A stretch of 64,000 nucleotides of DNA from Gnetum montanum. Taxonomy: Eukaryota; Plantae; Gnetophyta. The notes below the pieces were generated by a model. That model made no database searches. It saw nothing but the letters and a program-made list of their open reading frames with translations, and had not been told where the DNA came from. A program made the translations under genes and the position numbers. The DNA is taken from contig MNCI01000323.1 of NCBI GenBank assembly GCA_015680685.1, positions 59,305-123,304 of the forward strand, given 5' to 3'. This document shows, in pieces, positions 26,101 to 36,128 of the stretch (the stretch's first letter is position 1; each line of letters opens with the position of its first letter).

Positions 26101-26879
26101 GCCGACTGTCTCTTGTATGATCCCTAGGTGGTGAAATGCTCTTATGAGAAGAAGAAGAAGACATGATGTCTTATCAATGTGCTAATTAACTATTATATAA
26201 TTTTTTTTAATTAACCCTAAGGTTCATTTAAGGTCCCAAGGATGTGGGTGATCTCCTATGTTCTACTTAGCGCACAAACACTTAGTCCTCGGCAACGACG
26301 CTAATGATGAGTGACGACGTTCCCCTACACTCAACCATACAAATACGAGCATTACACGTGCGATCTGGTTGAACTCCACAAACTAAGTGCCTACACACCT
26401 TATGGAACACTTAAGGTTAATCATTCATTGTATTCCCAGACTTACTTGTATTTGTCACAGTTGTATGGTTAAATAAGTTTGAGGTATATGATTTTTATGT
26501 CTTTTCTATTTTATCTTCTATGCTGACGAGGTGAAGGGTGAGGAGACTAATTAACTAACTTTAACTAACTAACTAAGCCTTAATTAACCTAGCATCAGTA
26601 TCCGTTCCCACTTACCGTTCACACCCTAAACCAATGCAACCTTGGTTACCAAACGCTAGTCGTTGCTGGGATCACCAAACGTAAAGCATGTGCTCGAAGC
26701 GGTTGTACTAAGGCACTTAACTAGGAGAGAAGGGTTGAGAGAGATTTAATAACTAATAAAGCAATTAAATGATAAACAGTAAATAAAAATAAATAAANTG
26801 CCTCTTATTTATAGATTTGATGGTGCACTGCAATATCGTGTATGTGATATCGTGGCCCATGCGATATTGTGTCCCATCA
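20108..26879 (-). mobile_element. Non-autonomous Athila-like LTR retrotransposon, copy B, complete with TSD
   Basis: 3' LTR 20108-20827 and 5' LTR 26305-26879; perfect TSD ATTTT (20103-20107 / 26880-26884); PBS TAGCGTCGTTGCCGAGGA; gag 24201-25655; protease ALLDSGSRVNLIS 23133-23540; no RT/RH/INT. Confidence 0.92.
21002..22003 (-). pseudogene. Putative hydrophobic extra (env-like) ORF of the Athila-like element
   Basis: ORF pieces 21821-22003, 21233-21445 and 21002-21199 share one frame (~334 codons with internal stops) with hydrophobic stretches; the homologous region is present in copies A (~9300-10330) and C (~40375-41454). Confidence 0.45.
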
Positions 26880-28539
26880 ATTTTGATGGTTGTTCCAATT
26901 TCAATTGGGGAAATTATTCAACCCACCTTCTAAGTTCATGATCCTCAAGTGGTATCGGAACCCTGGTACTCCCGATTTGGAGCATAACAACTCTAGAGTG
27001 AACAATGAAAGGAGGATCATACATCAAGTCACCAATGTTCAATGGGGTCACCTTTACATGCTGGAAGACTCAAATGCAAGAATTCTTTAAGTACGTGAGG
27101 TTCTTAGTGTGGGCATTCATCTTGGATGGATGCACTCAACTCATTAGAAGCATTTTTGGTAGCAAAGGTAAGACTAGAGGCAAGCAATCTAAACTTTCAA
27201 ATATTGATACCTTTTCTATGAAATGCTAGATATGTGGTAGAAGAGGCCATATGACCTCTGAATGCCCTAATGTTTTCAAGTTACAAGAAAATGAGTATAG
27301 TGAAGAAAGGAGAAAAAGTAACATCTATATAAATTGGGATGATGAAGAGGAAACAAGCAATACATCCGAAGATTCATATCTCTCATGTATAGCCTTGGTA
27401 AATTAAGAATCCATCAATGATTTAATTTCTAATGATCAAGTTGAAGAAGCTAAAGATGAAGCTGAAGAAGATGAGATGTCTTTGAAAGAAAGGTATGACC
27501 TATTGTGTAATAAGATTTTGTATATTCAAAGTCTTTGCATTAAACTAAAGAAGAGATTAAAAAAGAAAAGGACCAAAAATTGTTTCAACTCAATGAAAGG
27601 TATGTATATCTCTTACAAGAAAACTCAAACCTAAGGGCTGAGAATCAAAGACTAACCTTGTCTTATGAGCAAATCAAAAGTAAACTTGCACATACAAAAC
27701 TATGGAACGAGAGACTTATCAATCAAAGGAAAGGAATCCCTACACATAGTTTAGGATAAGGAAGAGATCCACATGACAAAAGCGGACTTGAAAGTTATCA
27801 ACAAGCAAATGCATCAACAAGTACTTCATCCAAATAGGGAGTGTTAGAAGTCAGACAGAATTAACCAACAAAAACGTAAGACATCCATAGCCTATTTAAA
27901 CCAAACTTTGCATCTTGTTGAGGACTTTTGGATCATTTTTCTTTTAGCCAAACTAGAGACTTTTGAAGCAGTGAAAAAACTTTAAAAGTCCATAGTCATT
28001 CCCAACCGATGCTGATCATCGGAGTAGAGAGAATCAACAAAAGGCAAAGTTCATGAATAGATTTGTGCAAACATAGTAGCAAAACATACCTTGGGACTTG
28101 CATTAGCTTAAAGGCATCCTTGTATTTCTTGGATTTCTAAAGCCCATAATTTGTATTTTTTTGAACCTTTGCTTCCAACATTTTATTTCATAATGATTAA
28201 TATCAAAGTTTGAGGTTCAGCTTGTTTTACTATATTTTCTCAATTTCTCCATTCTTGTTTTCTACACTATACTCTAAAACCAAAATTTTTATTTGTACTT
28301 ATTTTTATTGCCTATTACTAGACATATAAATCTTCAATCGATCGACAAGACCATTTGAAGCACTCCAAATTCTTTTTTGAGGCCTGTTGTGTCCAAAGTT
28401 AAACTGTTTCATATGGGAATTTTCGACCTTCCAACACTGAATTTTTCTGTCACTACACCAGATCAATTACCTAGAGTGCATCCATCCTCTCAAGTTTGCA
28501 CTATGGTATGCACTATAGTAATTTGAAATTAGGATCTTT

Positions 28540-31200
28540 GACAATCTTTATGATCTTCAAAGGAAATTCTTGAAAATAAGTCAAATTGATACGTTATTGT
28601 AGTTCAAAGTAAGTATGGTAGCAAATATGAATCTAAAGATCTCAATACATTTGTAGACCCAAAGGATATATTGGACAACCAATACATTCATGCCATGAAA
28701 CATAAAATTGATTCAACAAAGTGGCTAGCCATCCTATATGCAACAAAAATTAACCATACAAATGTTTGATAATAATATATTTTTTGTCCCAAATATTTTG
28801 TTACATAGCAGTAAAGAAAAACATGTTGCTAATCTCCAAGGGATCCAAACCTACATAACCCACATGTGCACTCTTTCCTTGAGATGGGAATTTATCTTCA
28901 ACTTTTTAACCTTAGATGATGTTAAAGTCAAAGAAGTAATGCTAATAAAAATGCAAGTTCTATTTAATATATTAGTTGTAAGATATTACGTTGGTGAATC
29001 TAAAGAACTACCTCTAATGTGCTCTAAGTAGAATTTTTTCAATCATTCTACATTTGATTGTAACCTTGCCAATACTTGTTTAACTAACTTTCAAATGTGC
29101 TCAGGACTACTTTTTGTATCCTCCTTTGATATATTTCAAGTCTTGAGCCATTTTGTCCCATGAAAGAGCCTTGTTCTCTTATACTTTACAAGGAAATCTT
29201 TGAAAAACATGGGTTGTTCTGATGCTGTAAAATTTTGAGTATAAACAATAAGTTGACATAGAGCTTCATCTTATAAGGGAAGCATATTATACTTCAAAAT
29301 CAACATGCAATACCATGTTTATAGTTTTATATATTCTATCTTTAATTCATTTAATATAAATAAATACATAAATTTTTTGCACCATTTCCATATATTGTCA
29401 GTGTTTCACGCTAAAACCCAATCCCCACATTGCACACCCATATAGCATAGTAGGATAAATGACATTACGAAAGATTTATTTTTTGACTTTCCAATGACAT
29501 ATTCCTAATTCCCTACACTTGTTTTTAAGTGCATAGAGAACTTTAATTCCTCTAATAAATGACACAATGGAGATCTAACTATGTAAAGGAGTTCACAATT
29601 TCTATATGAGCAAATCCAAAACTAAAGCTATAATTTACATTTATTGTAACCCATATGATCCATTTAGTTTTTGGCACATTGACTTCAAACCAATTGAAAG
29701 ACAAAATTTTCAAAACTTGCAACATATTTTGCATACTTGACTTAGATGTAGAAATTCATGCAACATCATTTGCATATAAAGTATATTTATGACCAAAGAG
29801 TAAGAGGAAAAATAGAAGCAAACATAGTGGGAGGAGGTCAAGCATAAGCGCGAGTAGGAAGAGAGAAGAAGACAATGAAGGAATCCAAACATGAGCAAGA
29901 ACTTCTGCAAAGAGAGCACTAAGTGGCACTTCAACATGCAGCTGAAGACAGAGTCTAATGAGATGGATCACCACCAAAGGAAGACCATGTAAGGACCATT
30001 AAACAATGGTTCAAGTTTAGGAGGTGCCTCTTCTTAGAGCTGAGATTGACCTTCATCACTTTCAACAATAGCATTAGAGCTTGGTTACGGAAGGTTACCT
30101 ATCATAGGAGGAAAGATACAAGCTTCAATCTATAAACTGTAGGATATTAATGAGAACTTTAACCTTACCAAAAATGACAAGGAAAGGGCAATTTGGAACT
30201 TTATTCACAAAGTTCATAGGTTCACTTGTACATGTGGGCTCTTTCCTTTTCTGTGAAGGGTAGCCCCACCTTTAAGTACATTCGTGGATTCAATTGTAGG
30301 GATTTGGGTTTTCTAGGTAATGTAAGACATATTAAGACATCAAATAGGTGTTTAGGAGGGTGTTATGTACCACCATATTTTGGCTTACCCTTTCAAGATA
30401 TGCTACATATGAAGGGAATGCTTCACCCCCAATAGGAGCTTTGTAAATATCTTTTTAATACAATCCTAATGATGTTTTCGAAAAAGGAAAAGAATAAGAA
30501 AAGATCACTTTTGCACGACTAGTCTTGCAATACATCCAAAAAGAGATTTAAAAAACCTGATTATAGAGGACAACCTTTTTTTACTCAAATTTTCTCTAGA
30601 ATTAACATTTATCATCTAAGATATAGTCCTTCAACTAAATAATCACTTCCTCATACAACTCTGCAAGAATAAGTAATTGATTAAGCCTCTCCAATAACAT
30701 TTTTCAAATCATTGAATCCTATGTTTTTGCAAAAACAACAAAACAAACAAAAACCTTTTGGTTGGGTTTCTTTGCAACTTCCATTCAATGTTTAAAGGTG
30801 ACTAAGTGATCAATATACTTTTCATGAATCCTCATCTTCTTATAAAATGAGGTGCTTCATCATTGAAAGACAAGTGGTGGGAAAATATTGCAATTTAGCT
30901 CAGCAATAGTATAAGATGAGTTGGAACTCAAAGAATGTTACAACATGAAAAATAAATAGGACAAAAGCCTTGTTAGAAGCATTTGTTGATTATTGATTCC
31001 AAATGTTACATGAATATTGTTATCTTAAATAACATCCTAATAAGCTTCAAATCTATTCTATGAAGGGGATATTGTTGGCCATCTATATGCTTAGAAGGGT
31101 TATCATGATTTGATTATTCAAAAATATAAAGTGAACACTTAGGATGTTTTTCCTAGAATTTTGTGATGATATATACTAAGTCATTCAAATGCATTTAAGT
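28540..31200. mobile_element. Heavily degraded TE debris (Copia-like pol and LTR scraps)
   Basis: DPKD...YIHAMKHKIDS (~28655-28715) resembles the start of Copia RT; no intact domains. Confidence 0.3.
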
Positions 31201-31947
31201 ACCCAATGGATATTTAAGATATTCTTAAACATAATGACATGTTAGCATAGTGGCAAGTCTTGGCATGAAAAACTCAGGTCACAAATTCGATTTCAGTGAA
31301 CATTATTAAATTATGGATTGAAAAAAATGTCCATAAAATCTATTTTAAAATGGGTGTGGTCTAATAGATCCAAAAGGCTCTCAGTATATGCAAGTAAAAT
31401 TCAGTTTCAGTTTCAATAAATTTTATTGAATTGAAGCACCAAAGAATCATTCATTGTTTCAGTAAGATGCTTCAATAACTAGTTATAACAAAATTTGAAG
31501 GTTCTGAAACAAAAAACCAAAGGTACAAATTAAAACTTGTTGCATTATGAACTTACAAATCTAATGATTTGAACACTGTGCTTACAACTATTGTCAATAT
31601 ATTTTCATTCTTTCTTCATGTAAGGTTCTAATCTCAATACTACTATCTTACAAACATCACGTATCGTGAATAGTTGGAATATGTAATGCTCAATGGAGTC
31701 ACATTTCACTTGCTGATAGTCAATTTGCATTTATAAGAGTTTTTAACTAGGAAAAATATTACATGTATAATGTTCGCTTCTTTAAAATTTAAAAGCATGT
31801 AGACATGTAGAGAATTTACACAAATTTAATTTTATACTCCAAATTTGGGAATGTTTAGTATTGCTTATTCTGAAGAGTTTAAATTTGTTAAATGTCCTTT
31901 AGGTAAATGCATTTCTATGTGTATTCCTTGGATGCGATTTGGCGCAG

Positions 31948-32039
31948 CATCTGAGGCATTACATAACCATCAAGGGGAAACTTTATTCCAAAAAGCATGC
32001 ATTGGGTGCCATTACCAAGGTGGCAACGTTATACAACCT
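31948..32039 (+). CDS. petJ: Chloroplast cytochrome c6A, heme-binding exon
   Basis: cag| ASEALHNHQGETLFQKACIGCHYQGGNVIQP |gt: intact CxxCH; matches plant cyt c6A (GATLFNRACIGCHDTGGNIIQP); canonical splice sites. Confidence 0.85.
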
Positions 32040-32211
32040 GTAATAATCTTCTCCTAAATGTTGCTATTCATTGCACTGGTTGATTTTGCATATATTTTTT
32101 ATACACTGTCAATGATCAGCCATTCCGTTTGGTTCATAATATCAATATATAAAGAAATAATTAAACACAATTTATTGTTTAGTTCATTGAGGGAACTATT
32201 TGTGGTTGTAG

Positions 32212-32243
32212 GGAGGAATTCTAACACTAGAAGATCTAGATAG
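32212..32243 (+). CDS. petJ: Chloroplast cytochrome c6A, next exon
   Basis: tag| GGILTLEDLD(R) |gt corresponds to cyt c6A GATLFTKDLER and is in frame with the previous exon. The other exons were not found in the window. Confidence 0.8.
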
Positions 32244-33133
32244 GTTTATTCTGCATATTTCTTGTTTTGCATTGACTTTTGCCATTGGATTTTATCATCA
32301 CATTGTACTACACGCTAAACACAAATATTGTGTTTAAATCTCCATGATTTTTCTTCAGAAAATTGCCTATTTTCTCCTTTATTTTAGGGTATCAAAATGG
32401 TTCTTATTATTTGAAACACTAATAACAATTCTTTACCAAAGTGTTTCAAAAGTTCTTTGCATGAAAACTATATCATCAAGGTGGCCCTTTTCTTTTATTG
32501 GGTCCTTTGCTTTATGCCTCCTCCACTTTGTCTTCCCATCAATTTCTTGCAAGCAACTGTAAAACAACTAGTAAGTTCTTTGCTATGATGCTACAGAAGA
32601 TTCCTCACAAGGAAATGAAACCAAATGCTTACCAATCATAATGTTACAGACCTAGAACCAGGTAAAAATGCACTCAGTGTGTCAGTCTACCATTTCTTAT
32701 GCACCATGGAAAGTTCCTGTCAAAGGAATACAACCAAATGTTTTTGAACCAAAATGCTACAAAAGGATAATGAACTAGTGCCACGTTTGGGGTGCTAATT
32801 CTTGAGTTACCACGATGATGAGACGCGAATTGCACAGGCCGTGATATCGCATCCCCTGCAATATCACGTACGTGATATCGCGTCGTTCCCTGCGATATCG
32901 CGTATGCGATATCACGATCTGCTGCCATTTGTAATCCTAGGCGTAAAATAGCAAAGCTCTAGCGGATTGATCACCCCAGAGATAGAATATTTTCCATGTG
33001 CCCACAGTAGGAGTCCCCCAAGTGAACGATTCTTTATTCGAGTAGCTTTGTACCTGAAGGCAAGTTGTGTATGACAATAAAGACAAGCTTTGTGGATAAA
33101 CCTTGCAGTGTATGGATAGGTTTAATTAATGTT

Positions 33134-34593
33134 TGTTAGTGACCGTTTGGGATGCAACCACCAATGAGTGTCCTCGAATAGGATTTAGGTGCCTGCTGAT
33201 CTCTGGCAACACCAAGGCCCAGATACCTCCAAATAAACTCAGTAGTTAATGTGAGTATGTGTGTGTGCTGTTGTGGTGTGCGGTTGTGTGAAATGTAACG
33301 ATTGCATTATGTGTAAACTATGAATGACTTACTTTAAAGAGATTCAGCCAACTTTGCCAANNNNNNNNNNNNNNNNNNNNNNNNNNNNNNNNNNNNNNNN
33401 NNNNNNNNNNNNNNNNNNNNNNNNNNNNNNNNNNNNNNNNNNNNNNNNNNNNNNNNNNNNNNNNNNNNNNNNNNNNNNNNNNNNNNNNNNNNNNNNNNNN
33501 NNNNNNNNNNNNNNNNNNNNNNNNNNNNNNNNNNNNNNNNNNNNNNNNNNNNNNNNNNNNNNNNNNNNNNNNNNNNNNNNNNNNNNNNNNNNNNNNNNNN
33601 NNNNNNNNNNNNNNNNNNNNNNNNNNNNNNNNNNNNNNNNNNNNNNAGGCTCTCTTACAACAATCCCAATAGCAATCCCTATACGTTGCACAATAACAAA
33701 ATTTACTACTAAAATGCTCTTAAGGCTTTTAAACACAAGTGCTTCTATGGCAATATTTTAATAGAAATTTCTATCGAGCAACAAGAACAGTAAGAGCAAT
33801 CTAAAAATCCAAAAATTACTTGCCAAGGATGATACTATCTAAACCACTAGCTAAACAATTTAAACAAAACAAAAAATAAAATACATAACTCATAGGACCC
33901 TGACAAAGAGGCTGAAATCTTTACCCTAGCAAGCCATCTTACAAGCAATCGTTCACAATTTCTTCTTTACAAAGCTCTTCTCAAGACCCCAAGTGTGTCT
34001 TCAAGTGAGAGCCTAACTGCTAACTAGTAGCCTTCCAAAGTGTGATGTATGAAACCTCCAATATCATATTTCTCCTTGACCCCTAAAGCCTTTTTATAGG
34101 GCTCAAAGGTAGTTAGGTAAGTTACATATTTAAAAATATCTTACCTAACTTTTCTCCCAAGTAACTTGGCCAACCAATTAGGAGATTCCTTGCCCAACAA
34201 GTTAGGAGGTTACTTGCCCAACAAGTTAGGTAAGTTACAAAAAATCTTGTATGGTTGTACCCACCATAGAGATAAAAAAGGATACAATTGACAAGTGTCT
34301 TCATGATAATCCAAATTAAAATTANNNNNNNNNNNNNNNNNNNNNNNNNNNNNNNNNNNNNNNNNNNNNNNNNNNNNNNNNNNNNNNNNNNNNNNNNNNN
34401 NNNNNNNNNNNNNNNNNNNNNNNNNNNNNNNNNNNNNNNNNNNNNNNNNNNNNNNNNNNNNNNNNNNNNNNNNNNNNNNNNNNNNNNNNNCCATAACTAT
34501 CTTTTCCTTTTTAAATCATAAAATATTTTATTTTCCTTGTAGTGATAGAGATAGTAACCATGGATTTGATATATGTATGCGTATACAACCGAA
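33134..34593 (-). repeat. LTR-like repeat family X, copy 2, inserted into the LTR of Athila-like copy C
   Basis: Homology to the Athila LTR stops at ttaattaatgtt|TGTTAG (33134); the minus-strand end is ...cactaACA; 33927-34593 is colinear with 1-553; contains two N-gaps. Confidence 0.65.
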
Positions 34594-34617
34594 GTTATAT
34601 CAGGGCCGATTCCATCT

Positions 34618-35031
34618 TCATCTTCTTTGCACTTTGTCAACAGCATTTTCATCTTCCATCTTTGGAGGGGAACTAGGCAGTATTCTCTCCACGGTGGAAA
34701 TAAATTCTTGAATAGAATCTTCTGACATTCGCTCTTCACAATCCTCAATTATCATATGAACTTCAATTGTTGTAGTAGGTCTAAGATTTAAAACTTGAAG
34801 CTTCTCTACCTTGGTAATTTCAAATTGTTTTACTGTTTCTAAGAACTCTCTAACCGATTCCTCATTTTGCTCACATACTACAGACTGTACTAGATAATCG
34901 AAAACCTTGCACTCTGAAGGAGCTGCAGAGCCTATAGAGCCTAAGGGATCTTGAGTAGCTCCTCTAGATCGTAACAATTTGAGGAATTCAAAATTTGAGA
35001 GTACCCTAGCATTAGCATCCTTTATTTTCAT
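34618..35031 (-). pseudogene. RPC17: Intronless copy of RNA polymerase III subunit C17 (RPC17/RPC9/CRCP, Rpb4 family); ORF open
   Basis: MKIKDANARVLSNFEFLKLLRSRGA...SECKVFDYL...ITKVEKLQVLNLRPTTTIEVHMIIEDCEERMSED; 137 codons uninterrupted; lies inside nested retroelements. Confidence 0.85.
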
Positions 35032-35483
35032 GGTATTCAAAGAAGCTCCAAGTCACTAGGTCCTGAGAGCCCTAGAGCTAGATTAAGTTATCGATTTGAC
35101 CTCTGTAAATCACGTTTCATCCAAAAATCATTTTCCGTTGAGCCGCATTCATTTCTAAAAATCATTTTATGCTTCGCTGTTGTCTTCCTTGTCCTCCACC
35201 CACACGCTATCAAATAAGGCCCTGGTGTTGACTCGTGTGTGCGTGCTTAGTACTGCAGAAATGCTCAATAAACACAGGTGTAGCTGCCACTGCTGCAAGA
35301 GATCCCTCTTCCAGTGCATAGGAAGGTAAGTAACGCATCCGATGATGGAGGGTTTCTTCAAGATCAAACCCTAGGCACTGTCTCACGCGTCTGGTGCTAA
35401 ACCTCTAGATACAGTGCGCTGGAGGTCTCTTTCAACCACGCTCTACTTCTGTTGCCATTTCAAGCTCCTGCATAAGGAACCTT

Positions 35484-36075
35484 ATGGCTCTCGTCAACCT
35501 AAAATTAACTAAAAATAATTTCTATGGTCGTCTTCTTTCCTGGACAGGCAGCTTCCACAAACTGCAATTTTTGAGCTTCACTTTCAACCAATTTAGCAGG
35601 GACATTCCAGTGTCACTCGCCAATCTCTCCCAACTTGACTTTACACATAACGGACTGATGGGCACAGCACCTTCTTCTTGGATAGGAAAAGTCTGTAGTC
35701 ACATGGTTTACTTGAATGTGGGGAAATACTATTTCATAAGTGAAGACGACGTCAGCACCCATTCTTATCTTGGAAGCTCTATCCAATTGCTTTGTCTTAC
35801 AGGAACTACGTCTTTACCAAAACATGCTAACTGGAACTTTACCAGTCAATTTGGTGAGCTTCTGGCCAAATATGCAGGACATGGATGTGTTTTCCAACTT
35901 CATAACTGGAAGCATCTCTGCAAGCTTAGGAAATCTGTCTTCTCTCTATTGGTTTCAATTGGATGATAATACATTGAGCTGCAGCATCCCTTCTCAGATT
36001 GCAAATTTGAAGTCTCTGCAGGATTATGGTCTTTGAGACAACAAATTTCTTGGCAAGATTCCCACTGAAACCTCT
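35484..36075 (+). pseudogene. Plant extracellular LRR (RLK/RLP) fragment, frameshifted
   Basis: LxLxxNxF/LxGxIP repeats (NLKLTKNNFYGRL, LRLYQNMLTGTLP, LGNLSSLYWFQLDDNTLSCSIPSQIANL). Confidence 0.8.
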
Positions 36076-36077
36076 CT

Positions 36078-36128
36078 CCTAAACCATACGCTGTAAGTGA
36101 AAGTAATCCACTCCTGCTTCTTCACCAT
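36078..36128 (-). pseudogene. Short TM9SF-like fragment
   Basis: MVKKQEWITFTYSVWFR resembles TM9SF IIKExERITFTYEVxF; very short. Confidence 0.35.

Larger units (their letters stand above)
18961..27850 (+). mobile_element. Ty1/copia (SIRE-like) 5' LTR, PBS and deleted gag, interrupted by Athila-like copy B
   Basis: LTR TGTTG 18961-20107 plus 26885-26947 (ends CA); tRNA-iMet-like PBS tggtatcggaac ~26950; gag MKGGSYIKSPMFNGVTFTCWKTQMQEFF (27005), zinc knuckle C*ICGRRGHMTSEC (~27224-27265), coiled coil and DKSGL motif. Confidence 0.75.

Noticed and set aside
28738-29450. Possible hAT transposase remnant
   Set aside because: No diagnostic motif could be recovered by eye.
31845-32057. Single-exon 70-aa cytochrome ORF
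   Set aside because: Both ends are intronic read-through; the real exon is 31948-32039.
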